DNA of 63,982 nt, filler included, from Sphacelaria rigidula (Eukaryota), in assembly GCA_964200075.2 (NCBI GenBank). It is 9 parts of 9 records of this genome, joined end to end, with 100 filler letters (N's around TTAATTAATTAA, not from the genome) between each part and the next. Parts side by side here need not be neighbours in the genome. Positions count along the whole stretch, not along the records: positions 35,605 to 42,624 come from CAXNAA020016925.1; positions 42,725 to 49,744 come from CAXNAA020016926.1; positions 49,845 to 56,863 come from CAXNAA020016927.1; 6 more parts are not named here. The stretch is one strand, 5' to 3'. The number at the start of each line of letters is the position of its first letter. Positions within the stretch are counted from its first letter, which is position 1. The notes beneath the pieces were generated by a model that was not told the DNA's origin, made no database searches, and saw only the letters and a list, made by a program, of their open reading frames with translations. Below, one piece after another: positions 37,606-49,912 of the stretch. The translations under genes were made by a program, and so were the position numbers.

Positions 37606-39232
37606 AAAAAGACCGCAAGTGCGCAAAAATAAGCGGTAACCTGGTTGCCTAGCTTACGCAGTGAGTGGTGTGTTTTACCGTCATCGCCAACCGACGCCAG
37701 CCCCATCGGGGTTCCCCCCCCACAAAGCCGGGGCGGAGCACGCCGGGTTTTCGTGGGACGAGGCTCAGGCTCGGGGTGTTGGGTCGGGGGGAAGCACTTA
37801 CGTGTACGGGAAATTATTTCTCGTGCACCCTTGTTGTTGTGTCTACAGATATTTCCACGTAAAAAATACGCCGCCCCCAAACTGTCACGAAGAAAATGTT
37901 CATACACAGCGCATGATAATAGTTGATTTCAGACTGACTGAACGAAATGCCTCATCATCTGGGCAACACGGACCAAAATTACCCGAAGGGAGGGTGTTAT
38001 TCTCTTCTGATCGATATGCTCGGCTTTCGTTATTTTGATTTGCATGTAGATTTTACCTACTCAACCAGTTACTATAATAATAGCTGTTTTAGCGGAGGCT
38101 ATCGCGACACGACCGTTTACGGTGTTTTTAACCCTTTGACAACCACCCCCCCGCAGGAAGACTGGATAAGACTATCCACATTTGGGGTTCGGAATCATTC
38201 CTTTGTCACAACACAAAACGCCTACTCGACAGACCGAAGGATGCAGGGGTGCATATGAGGCACATGGTTGTGATGGTCATAACACAGGCGCCTGCGCACA
38301 GTGCATTAGTAGTGTGGAATCTGAAGTTACGAGCAGACCTGCACCGAGTATATCTTGCAACGCCTCTGAGCTTCATCACAATGCCATGATAATGACTGGG
38401 GATGAGTATGTTACCAATCCCCACACGCGCCTTCAGCCGTCACCCAAGCATATCTCCAATCTGGACCACCACACGAGATGCCTTCTGCCCGAAATTGTCT
38501 GAGTGAAGGATCACCGGAGAGCTCCTGGCGTCTCCGTGAAATGCTGGGAACTTCGGTACGATTAACGACTGTAGTGTTTGGCATCAAACGATTATATATA
38601 TATATATATATAAAGATCCCGACCTCTGCAGTTCATTGTACATTTCGGGGGGATACTGATGATTTGGGGCGTAGCCGTATAGCTGCAGGCTCACAGCGCT
38701 GTTCTGGTTGTATGAAATCTTCTGCTAGCCTGCCCTTGTGCCCCATACCCCGATGCTGACTGATGACAGTACACAGAGGCCTCTAGTGTATGATGCAAAG
38801 AGAGAAACGGCCCCCGTCTCTCTCTCTTGGTTTGGCACCGCCGCTAATGCCGATCGCCGTTGGAACAAAATCATCTCTCCCTCTTCTGTTCGCAAGCTTT
38901 CAATAAAAAAATGACATAGATCTTCAACCAAAATTTGGATCGACCCAGAGCTACCTGCCTGAAATTTATCAACGGCCATACGCCCCAAATCAACTTCAAA
39001 CCCTTTCCTAAAACGACCATTTGTTCCGTATCTAAAGAAGTTGCGTATTGCTATTGCAACATACGCCGTCCATTGCCCAGGGTGTGCAAAACGCTGGCCT
39101 CGGCTCGGCTATCCGTTCTTCAACGGTTGTTTCCGTCTCCTACAGTCGTTTTTATTCTAGTCAGGGCAACAAATCGAATTACTTGCGCGGCTACGGGCGA
39201 TTTGATTAGTCATCTTACGATTGGGTGGGTGG

Positions 39233-39266
39233 AGGTGTACTCATGATCATGCATGCCATAGTCATA
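39233..39266 (-). mobile_element. 34-bp family A 3' fragment with 14-bp TSD
   Basis: gattgggtgggtgg at 39219-39232 and 39267-39280 flanks aggtgtactcatgatcatgcatgccatagtcata. Confidence 0.85.
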
Positions 39267-39415
39267 GATTGGGTGGGTGGTGGAGGGGGGGGGGGGGGGG
39301 GATTTTTGGCCCCCTCTTTTACGACGATGCCCCTTGGAATTTTTTTTGGAGGCGGCAACCGCTGTTTGACCGCACTTTNNNNNNNNNNGGAGTTTGGGGG
39401 GGATAGGGTGGGTGT

Positions 39416-39451
<36 letters not shown>

Positions 39452-39675
39452 CGGCGTGTTATTTTTGGCCACCTCTTATACGACGATGCCACTTCGAATT
39501 GTCTTTGCAGGCAGCAACCGCTGTTTGAACGCACTTACTTGCCGCCAATACGACACACTCGTATATACTGCTTGACACGGTCCTCGCCCGAATACAAGCG
39601 CACCGCGAGTGTGTTGGGTCGTTCGACATATCCGTAACAATACTATTTCTCGTGCAATCACCCCCCCCCCTCCCC
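39416..39675 (-). mobile_element. Poly(G)/poly(C)-bounded element, copy 3
   Basis: Reverse-complement core gcttgacacggtcctcgcccgaatacaagcgcaccgcgagtg. A partial duplicate lies at ~39285-39377. Confidence 0.65.
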
Positions 39676-40987
39676 CTCACCATCATGGGATTGCTCTGAC
39701 TTGTTCTTGTCGATCCCACGGTAGATCTTGAACGCTTTCTACGATTAAAGACTTCGAGGAACATTTCTGGTGCTGGACAGCCGTGCTCGCACCCTGCATC
39801 CCCTAGCAGATATATTCATATGCCATATACCCGCACTATATTTTTGCATGTGTGTCAGTTTTCTATTTCAAGCGTTTCAGGGGAGCTCTGCGTCGTTTGC
39901 TGTACTGACTCGCTCGTGCCTTGCTGCTAGCGGTTTCAGTGTGTTCTGTAGGGGCATACATACGTTGTTCGAGCGTTTGTAGCTCCGTGACCCGGTGAGA
40001 GGATGGGGTGCAGACTCGACTGAGATAGTCGATCAATCGACACGGCTGGCAGCCGATCAAGATGAGGTAGAGATGTATTGAAAGTTTTGTTGGATGAAGA
40101 GGGAAGAAGGGAGAGTGACCCCAGTAGGGGCCAAGATCTCAAGATGCGTCAAGCACCACTCCTGTATGTCCAGTCACTACCATCACGATATAAAGTCATC
40201 CCGCGTAGTACCCGGAACTCAAAATAGGCATGTCACTAGACGTTTGTACCTTATCCTGACAAGGTGTATCTTACTGACTACCCCAGGCCATCGTACGAAC
40301 ACCCCCCCCCCCATTGACTGGGTGTCAACGGTAAGATTCAAGGACCATACTCAGTGAACAGAGGTATCCACCACCATAAAAGGACTCTTCCGCTCACAGC
40401 GCATTCGACAGATGTATCCTTTCAGAAATGAATTTCATCAGCAACCGCAAAAACACCGTAATATCCCGAAACTCCGTCACTTGTTCCAACAACTTTAGGA
40501 TCACCGAAGAACCAATACCTCGGTATCTTTCTTTCAACACCAAGACGAAAAAACAGGGATGCATGAGCTGTGTGTTCACCACACTGCAGCTTCTGATGGT
40601 CAATCCAGGCAAAACGCAAGTCAAATTTTGCAACTGTACTAGCCCATGCCCCTTACCACAGCGTGGGTGGTTTGTACTTGGCATTCGAGTACTTGCACTA
40701 CGCATGCGAGACCAAGCTCATAGATAATATATGAACCCACACAGTACAGTAGACCATTTTTGAAACTCGGATCACATGTTCCAAAATCCACTGCACAGTC
40801 AGTCAGTTCTCTACAATACAATGATTAAAATTCAAAATTCAAATTCAGTAATACATATTACGGTAGTGCTTACGTTATCAAGCCAAACTAGACACTCACT
40901 ACATCCACTTGATCCCTTATTCCCCCTCAGCGACCGGCGGAGCAAAGCAGCTCAACGCCTCCAGACAAAACACTCGACCAGCATCAG

Positions 40988-41021
<34 letters not shown>

Positions 41022-41319
41022 CCACCCCCCCCCCCCCCCCCCCCCCATTCTTCCGATCGATGTCTCCCCCCCGCTTCTAGGCCACGGGGAAGGAGTGCTG
41101 CATTCATCATCATATGTTTCTCATAGTGGGGAGGTTTGCAGCAAGGGGGCTGATCTTGATCCTGGTCCGTCACCCTCCTCCAAAAACATTCGTCATCTCG
41201 TGCTCGTCTCTGCCGTACAGACAGCACCTGTGTCGGACAAAATGTTTTTTGGAGGCTCAACGCCTCACACATCGTGTAGACCCGAGGGGGGTGGGCAGTG
41301 GGGCAACAGAAAGGAAAAG

Positions 41320-42260
41320 TATTAATATCCGTGTTACTCGGGGGCGTCAATCACCAACCGATGAACATACTACTGTTACCACGTACTGTACTGTGGTGTC
41401 GCATTACGGCATCCACGAGCGCACACCCACAAACCATACCCGGATCCAGCAAAATCATCATTTCAACTCTTGACCTCTTGTTCACATATCGCACCTGGAT
41501 CAAACAGCAATTCGGCCGCTAGCATCACGGGTGCATAAAGCAGCACACTTTTACTTTTACATGCCGTGCCAACATGTGTAAACCCGTATGGATTTCCCCT
41601 GGCCAGCAACTTCGAGCAACGACCAGCTCCCATATGGTGATACAATGCACTCTTCGTTTAGAATGCTGTGCACATGCACCGTATCTCGCACATAGTTTCA
41701 GCTCTATCTATCAACCATCAAATATGGGTAATATGCGTTCTGCTGATCTGTAGCACAGGAATTTCACCTGTGCCCACAATCACTCTTCCTAAATTATCAT
41801 GATCAGGTCAAGCGGCTAGTTTTGCGCTGCTCAGTCGTTGCTCCTACCATAACAAAGGAGTCTTATGAACCAATCCAGTCAAGAAACCGATGCCTCGTGA
41901 ATCCTGCACCTCTCGGAATAATAACAACTTTTTCATTTAGATGTCGAGTTTCGGAACCCACCTCAAATTTTGTGGTCTCAACCATCATTCATCCGCATAC
42001 GCCTCTGCGGAACATTTTACCGACACTACCCTCTAGTCTAGTCAAACCATGGTTCCCCATGTGCCTGTACTCACCAAGGCGACGAACAAGGTTCCACCTC
42101 AACCAATCGAGTGAGGATGCGGTGTTCAGCAGTCCTGCGCTCATTGAGGTGGCAAAAATATTATACATAGATAGGCGTTGGGTTTCGGCATCCATGTCAA
42201 AACATGCCCTCAAGACCCTCCACGCACCTCCATTCCGTGCAATTTCACCGACACCGTTCC
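41320..42260 (-). pseudogene. Possible highly degenerate Helitron Rep domain
   Basis: Motif-like remnants appear in the expected order across frames: EVRGGS*GHVLTW (HUH-like), HVGTACK..CCFMHP, SNTDI. Confidence 0.3.
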
Positions 42261-42945
42261 CCAGTCAAATCAAGACGCGGTGCCCCGCTTTTCTCACACG
42301 TATAAAAACGGCAGACGATCTTCTATTCACCAATCGAGTCAAACAAACGCGCAAATTAAGTCCGCACTCATTGAGACAGAAACATTCGTCAAACATCAAC
42401 ACTGAGTTTCGGTCTCCATATAACAAATATGGTCTTGGCATCGTCCAGAGATGTCCAACATCTCGGTCGACCTGGGCATCAACCTTTGCTTGGGTACATG
42501 AATCGTTATCTGCATGATGGCCAAAAACACTAAAAAGATAGAACATCAAAGCACAAGAAATTGTGCGAATTGAGGTTTAACTCCGAGATGAGGTTCAAGC
42601 CTAAAACAGTGCTTTCCCCACGCTNNNNNNNNNNNNNNNNNNNNNNNNNNNNNNNNNNNNNNNNNNNNTTAATTAATTAANNNNNNNNNNNNNNNNNNNN
42701 NNNNNNNNNNNNNNNNNNNNNNNNCATACAGCGCCTGATGTTCGGGTTCAGGCTGCATGAAGCGCCTCATATTTGCGACATTGGCTGGAACGGACCCCAG
42801 CGCTGAAATTTCCAGCTTCTCGTTTTACTCGGCTTTTCCCCTTTCGATTCACGTGAAGATTTTGCCTCCCAAAACTATGCACTTTTGGGGGGGGGGCTAT
42901 CGTAGAAAGTGTTGATATAATAATCGCAAGCAGCGGGTGCTATTG

Positions 42946-44618
42946 TTATCGCAGATTCCGCCACACGTCTGCCAAACAACAACAGTCCGCCACATCCCAG
43001 TTTGGAGGATGTATAGGAGATCAAGCACTCGTGCAGTCCCTGTGGGCATGCGGAGTGAAAAAAAGAGATACTCCTGGGGGTGACTTACCTCTTGCTGGCG
43101 TGACCCATGGCATCCTCTAATCTGGGCTTTTCTGTGTACAAACGGTCCTGTGTTCAGCAGGGTGTGTTTGTTGTGTGGGTGTCTGTCGCAGGAAATGGTC
43201 ATCTGAGGAGAGTCATCCCAAGCTGAGGCGAGAGATGGTTAAGAACAAGGGTGTTCTATGATTAACCACCTGTCATTGCATTCGTGACCCCCGCCTTTAA
43301 GCGCTGACCAGGAAGGACCCTTTCTACGATAGCCCCCCTCAAAACGTGCACGGTTTTGGGAGGTAAAACCTACACGTAAATCGAAATGGGAGAAGCCGAG
43401 CACAACGAGAAGCTGGGGATTCCCATGCTTGGGTTCGTTCTAGCCAATCTTGCCATTATGAGGCTCTTTATGCAGCCTGAACCCAAACATCAGGCGCTAT
43501 GTGGCCATTTTTTTCGTGACACGTTTGAGCTGGTTTTGGGGAGGGGCTATTGTAGAAAGTATCGAAGGTCTTCCCTGAGAATACTGTAGCTTCCGAGCAA
43601 CGTACCGGCAGTATTCAGCAACATGCCAAGCCCGGATGATCACTATTAAATTTCTTTGCTTCATATACTCACTGCCGGTAGCAACTCGATTGTACAAGCT
43701 TTGTAAGGGAGAAGGGTAATAATATTAGAATCTTCATCCGTTAAGTCAAACCGGCTTTCGCAAGCTGCCGGAATGCGCTTTTCCCCCTTCCCGCCAGTTA
43801 TCGACAAACGATGCTGCAATATTTGCAAGCTCTTAGAAACATCGCCGGGCCCTGAAGGGTTTCTTCTCATGATATTCCCCTTTTCAATTCGTGAAGAACC
43901 TTCTAGGAGAAACATTATCGAACATGAACACGCCCAGCTCAGCCCGGTTCTATACTGTTCGCTCTACGCAAATTGCACAAACGTTTGGTGAAACTATTCG
44001 AGCATATCCTCGGACGCCTGGCCAATCCCACATCTTGCGCTTTCCCCGAGCTTGCGAGATCCAGTTTGACTTGACGGATGAAGATTCTAATATTTTCACC
44101 TCTCTCCCTTACAAAGCTTGTACAATCGAATTGCTACAGGCAGTAAGTATATGCAGCAAAACGACTTCAGTAGTCATCCGGGCTTGACATGTTGCTACCT
44201 ACTGTCGGTACGTTGCTCGGAAGCTACTGTATTCTCAAGGAAGACGTTCCTGGCCAGCGCTTAAAGGCGGGGGTCACGAATGCAATGACAGGTGGTTAAT
44301 CATAGAACACCCTTGTTCCTAACCATCTCTCGCCTCAGCTTGGGATGACTCTCCTCAGATGACCATTTCCTGCGACAGACACCCACACAACGAACACACC
44401 CTGCTGAACACACGACCGCTTGTACACAGAAAAGCTCAGATTAGAGGATGCCATGGGTCACGCCAGCAAAAGGTGGGTCGCCTCCAGGGGTATCTCCTTT
44501 TTTCACTCCGAATGCCCAGAGGGACTACACGAGTGCTTGATCTCCTAAACATCCTCCAAAGTGGGATGTGGCGGACTGTTGTCGTTGTTTGGCAGACGTG
44601 TGGCGGAATCTGCGATAA
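42946..44618. mobile_element. Large fold-back element with ~570-bp inverted arms
   Basis: 42946-43315 inverts to ~44248-44618, and ~43570-43770 inverts to ~44050-44245. The left arm carries an extra MITE. Confidence 0.85.
43321..43558. mobile_element. MITE inserted in the left arm of the fold-back element
   Basis: TIR tttctacgatagcccc / ggggctattgtagaaa. An inverted partial copy lies at 42725-42908. Confidence 0.8.
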
Positions 44619-45500
44619 TTATATCTTGGCGAAACGGCACTACCGCCCCTGCTCGCATGTGTGTATTTAAGTACAGTAGCGGTTACGGGAATATCGCCCC
44701 GTGTTTCGACGACGTGTTCTACGTCGCACAGAGGCACGTCCTGTCCAAGAAGAGAGGAGCCGATCTTTGCATTGGTCAGTGCCACAGACAGGAAACGACA
44801 ACCCTGGACATCGCGATCTTGTTTTCGGGGCTATGCTACAATAACCCGCCTGCCGACACATGACAACTTGAGCATGCGATGTTGACATTATGTCAATCTC
44901 TCGAGCGATTGGGAATCTCCGAACGAGGACACACAAAGGACACCGGCGAGGAGCTTCCTCTCCACCGTTGCTCCTCTCTCTGGTGATGTCGTCATCGACA
45001 CGCGTGTACACCGCATTCGTCCGTGGCACCTAGTTACATCTACCTAATGACTGCTACAGAATGGTTTGGGGAAAAGTATTTTTTTTCTTGGTGTGAGTGT
45101 TTCGCACTATTCCTGTAAACTAGTCATGCCATTTGAACCCCATTTTAGTGTTCAACCTCACTTTTGATAATCGGTTGTTAGCTGCTGACGAACTTGGAGC
45201 CACTTGGGAACATCACCCAGTGCGCTTTTGACTGTGCACATGGGGCTGTCACGTGCCCGTGCGGTTTTGTAAAACACAACGTCCATAACGACCTAACAGC
45301 GCCACAATGTGAGACATTGTCGTTACTCAATGCAGTACAATAAATTCATCGCCTTAGCTGCACCAATCAAGCAGAGGCGGAGCTGTATGTTACCAGGTAG
45401 GTCTGCAGCTGACTGCGATATGCCTCAACCGCGTGTTTGGTTCATACAACAAGCTTCAGTCGTCGTACTTCTAGCAATATTGCATTTGCGCTTCACCAAC

Positions 45501-45585
45501 CTGTCGGCTGCAGCTTGGAAAACTTCCTCGCGGGAGGCGGTCCACGTTCCGATGAACTCCACCTCAATGTAGAACGAGCCGAGGG
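45501..45585 (-). CDS. Next exon; start of a probable leishmanolysin-like (M8) metallopeptidase domain
   Basis: tag|SLGSFYIEVEFIGTWTASREEVFQAAADR|gttggt; phase matches the EGF exon. Resembles the FxIxxxF...FxxAAxRW start of bacterial-type M8-like peptidases. Confidence 0.6.
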
Positions 45586-45927
45586 CTACGAAGAGGAAGC
45601 AGCGTCGCCAACGTTTGTTGAGGTATGCCAATATAGTGGTTCACGTCGCAAACGATCGATGTGCGTGTGAACGAGTGGAGGTAAAATATCCAGAATCGGA
45701 AAATCAAACCACAAAACGACCCTCTTCTACGATCAATCGGGCGGTCTTATTGCGGAGGATCTTTAAGTGCTGCTTCGTTTGCGGTTGTTCGTAGTTGTTG
45801 GAGCTGTACTGCCGCACAAACGTACTTTGCTTGCAAGCAGCATCGTCTTCAAGGCGAACTTCTCCTTATGGGGACAATGGATCTTGATATTTCTCAATGC
45901 GATGGGTGTGTTCGGAAGGGAACCCAC

Positions 45928-46047
45928 ATGAGGTTTCTGTCTGGCATCTCATGCCTCCATAGCCCGAAGTACAAGAGCACACATGCCCACCGCCTAGGTC
46001 CACAGCGCAGCTCCCTCCGTTCTCGCAAGGGTTCGGGTCACAGGGAT
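45928..46047 (-). CDS. EGF-like domain exon of the mucin gene
   Basis: cag|DPCDPNPCENGGSCAVDLGGGHVCSCTSGYGGMRCQTETS|gtgggt; six Cys, 120 nt, phase 1-1. Confidence 0.88.
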
Positions 46048-46409
46048 CTGGTACGAGCACGAAGTCGCCATGAATATGATTTAACCATTGGGGGCGGGAG
46101 AACACGCAGCTGACGCAAGAACATATGACGGGGAACACAACACTGCCTGCTTCTACAACAGTGAGGTCGCTCGAAAGCAACCACAGGCCACACTCGGAAC
46201 AAACTGGACACTAGGTTATGCGCCCACTCTCTAACCACCACGCGTGAATACCAGCTTACTGTCTGGCAGTATCCTTCAAATACACGTAATATCTACAGAA
46301 CCTTACTTTGGCACAATACGTTCCATCGGGAATGACAAGAAGACACTATCTGCCTGACGCGAATCGAGATACCCCCAAACGCGGAATTCTCACGTCTCGG
46401 TATACCTAC

Positions 46410-47529
46410 CTTTCTCCGTAGGAGATGGTGTGGGCACGGGTGTAGGTGATGGTGATTCCGTGGAAGGAGCAGGCGTGGTTGGTGTGGGCGTTGTGGGCGT
46501 CACGGTGGTGGGTGCGACAGTGGTGGGCGATGGTGTGGTTGGCGTGGCCGTGGTCGGCGTAGGGGTGGCGGGCGCAGGCGTGGTGGGCGCCGGCGTGGTG
46601 GGCGCCGGCGTGGTGGGCGCCGGCGTGGTGGGCGTTGACGTGGTGGGCGTTGACGTGGTAGGCACGGCCGTGGTCGGCGATGGTGTGGTAGGCGACGGTG
46701 TGACGGGCACAGCAGTGGTGGGGGACGGCGTAGTGGGCGACGGTGTGACGGGCCCGACAGTGGTGGGCAAAGACGTAGTTGGCGTGGCCGTGGTCGGCGT
46801 AGGGGTGGTGGGTGCAGGCGAAGTGGGCGCCGGCGTGGTGGGCGTTGACGTGGTGGGCGCGGTCGTGGTCGGCGACGACGTGGTGGGCACCGGTGTGACG
46901 GGTAAAGCAGTGGTGGGGGGCGGCGTAGTGGGCGAGGATGTGATGGGCGTGATGGTGGTGGGCCTAGACGTAGTTGGCGTGGTCGTGGTCGGCGTAGGAG
47001 TGGCGGGCGCCGGCGTAGTGGGCGCCGGCGAAGTGGGCGACGGCGTGGTGGGCGTTGACGTGGTGGGCGTGATGGTGGTGGGCACGGCTGTGGTCGGCGA
47101 TGGCGTAGTGGGCGACGGTGTGACGGGCACAGCAGTGGTGGGAGAGGACCTAGTAGGCGACGGCGTGGTAGGCGTTGATGTGGTTGACGTGATGGTGGTC
47201 GGCGATGGCGTGGTTGGCGCGGCCGTGCTTGGCGACCCTGTGGTGGGTGACGGTGTGACGGGGACATCGGTGGTGCGGGGCGGCGTGGTTGGCGAGGGCG
47301 TTTCGGGCGCGACTGTTGTAGGTGCAGGCGTGGTTGGCGTGTGCGTGGAAGGCGTCGGAGTTGTGGACATTGGCGGAGTGGGCGACAGCGTGGTAGGCAG
47401 CATGACGGATCGCACCGTTGTGGGTGTAGTGGGAGAAGTTGCCTTGAGTGGCGGGGTGATGGGTGTAGGCGTGGGCACCGTGACTCCGAGTACAGGGGTG
47501 GCGATCGAGAGAGTGATAGCAAAGAACAA
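46410..47529 (-). CDS. Mucin-like Thr/Pro/Ser-rich exon with signal-peptide-like N-terminus (start codon unresolved)
   Basis: LFFAITLSIATPVLG, then ~350 aa of 5-residue TTPSP/TTAVP/VTPSP repeats (15-bp units); donor G|gtaggt in phase 1. Confidence 0.85.
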
Positions 47530-48400
47530 CCCCCGGGAGTGCCAGCATCACAACCCGGTGATAACTTCAGAATGGGACACTTGGTAAATATCCAACCTTT
47601 TATTTTGGCAATAGTGAAAATGAAGACACGTTTTTGCCGGTATGGCTTTTCATCAAACACCCGACGGCAAGGACGAACGTCGGTGGTGAAAAGCGATTCT
47701 CGCTCGCCCCTTCAGAGCTCCTCACAGTCATGGAGCTTCTCCTATTGCGGGGGATTGCACAAAATCAGTATGAAGAGCGATTAACTTCACCAAAACGTCC
47801 GGGTGCCCAACCGCTCGACTTGCAGCACCGAGACCAAGCGACGACGGTACTGGAGGGAATGCTCACATATCAAACGAGAACAATACTTCCTACTTGTGTA
47901 CAATCCAGCACACAAAGGATAGTCACAAGTGTGTGGGATATTGAGCCCTAGGCATCCTGACTGCACTTCCTTAGTATGTGTACTTTGGTGTGGATACGAA
48001 TATTTTTATTCTCCGGGTTTCTTGTCCCCAATACAAGATCCATCCCCAATTCGTAAGATCCCATGTCTTAAGCCCCATCATGAAGCAGCTTAGCCGTCTT
48101 CGTGAGATAAATGCTTTCATACTTTGCAAGTGATGGAAGATCGCAGACACTGCTTCTGCTTCGGGATGTTCAAACGACATACATCCTCTCTTCCTTTGCT
48201 TTCGTTGATTTGGAACATTCGGGACAATACTGGCACACCTCGTGCATGTTTTCTTTATGTTAAACGCATATCATATTGTTTCAAGTAAACTTGTTTTTAC
48301 GATCTATACTCTGGCTGTAACGTAATCCAAACTTTATTCATCTGTTGCTAAATACCACGACACAAACCACTCAGGGTGCCATCTTTATCTAATGCGCAGA

Positions 48401-48930
48401 GTATTCTACACACGACTCCCAGCTCAACCTTGTCGTTCACAATAATACCACAGCGTGCAGCTCTAGTGACATAATGAGGAGCTACGCCGAGGGCGAATAT
48501 TTCCGACGGAATACCGTCCATCTCCTGTTTGTGTATTCTACACACTACTCCCAGCTCAACCTAGTCTTCTACAATAATACCACAGCGTGCAGCTCTAGTG
48601 ACATAATGAGGAGCTACGCCGAGGGCGAATACTTCCGACAGAATACCGTCCATCTCCTGTTTGTGTATTCTACACACTACTCCCAGCTCAACCTAGTCTT
48701 CCACAATAATACCACAGCGGGCAGCTCTAGTGACATAATGAGGAGCTACGCCGAGGGCGAACACTTCCGACAGAATACCGTCCATCTCCTGTTTGTGTAT
48801 TCTACACACTACTTCCAGCTCAACCTAGTCTTCTACAATAATACCACAGCGTGCAGCTCTAGTGGCATCATGAGGAGCTACGCCGAGGGCGAACACTTCC
48901 GATAGAATACCGTTCATCTCATATTTGTTT
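48401..48930. repeat. 132-bp tandem repeat, ~4 copies
   Basis: Units start at 48401, 48533, 48665 and 48797 and are highly similar. Confidence 0.95.
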
Positions 48931-49146
48931 ATGCTCCTTATGGTCAACTCTGGCGGTACCCAAATGGTCAAATACGGCTAGGACGCGAAGAAAATGTTAT
49001 TGAGTGTTCTGTTGGGGAACGTAAGAACCAAGGGGACCAATCACGAGATCAGATATACTCGCTCCCCATTTTTTAACTTGGTTCCTGTAATGTGTGGGAG
49101 GACCGCGTGCTTGTTAGACCGCATCGGCGTTCAAATACTTCCTATG

Positions 49147-49184
49147 GTTAGGGTTAGGGTGAGGCTTAGTGTTAGGGCTAGGGT
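49147..49184 (+). repeat. Short degenerate interstitial TTAGGG tract
   Basis: ggttagggttagggtgaggcttagtgttagggctagggtt. Confidence 0.7.
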
Positions 49185-49868
49185 TCGCGGCGCGATCCCT
49201 GCAGGTATAGGCCCGAGCGGACTTGAAGAACATCGATCCTCCGGTGTTCCAACTTCGATGCGGGTCAAAATTCACGCGGCCCTCCCACGCATTACATTCC
49301 GAGTAGGAAGGTTTCTCCTGAAATGTCAAACACGCGTGGTCGACTTCGTAGGCATTTCGGTTGTTCTTGGGATATTTTAGACACCTTGCGCCCCTCACAA
49401 ACCGCACCCCCACCAACTGGAAGCCCCTTGATGCCCCTGGACTGTCGCCCTGCTAAACGTATCCGAGGCGAGGCACACAATCTAAGGGTCAATGCGCATA
49501 GTTTACTCATCTGGTCTCCGGTATTCATTCATGTACTGCTTAGCTTGTGAGATCGGCTCTTACATGGAGTGAAGAAAAGCTGGACCACGATAACGCACAC
49601 CCGACGGGCGGAACACCTCACAAAGATGGCGAATGGCGGGGACCATAACGGGGTTGAAGTTGCAGGCGCGGTCGGAGTGTTACCAGCGAAGATAGCGTTG
49701 ACAAACACGCCAATCCAGTAGTACCCGAACCGGTTGAACCCCACNNNNNNNNNNNNNNNNNNNNNNNNNNNNNNNNNNNNNNNNNNNNTTAATTAATTAA
49801 NNNNNNNNNNNNNNNNNNNNNNNNNNNNNNNNNNNNNNNNNNNNATCGGAACGGCTTTTAATGTGAAG

Positions 49869-49912
<44 letters not shown>

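Noticed and set aside
46430-47587. 385-aa Val/Gly-rich plus-strand ORF and the 386-aa Arg/Pro-rich alternative minus frame
   Set aside because: These are shadows of the 15-bp mucin repeat. Only the Thr/Pro frame has a hydrophobic leader and splices in phase to the EGF exon.
48401-48930. Possible CRISPR-like array
   Set aside because: The units are contiguous near-identical 132-mers with no unique spacers, the context is eukaryotic, and no cas genes are present.
49690-49744. GSTGSGTTGLACL on the minus strand, resembling DNA methyltransferase motif I
   Set aside because: Too short, at a contig edge, lacks the preceding DPF and has no supporting downstream similarity.
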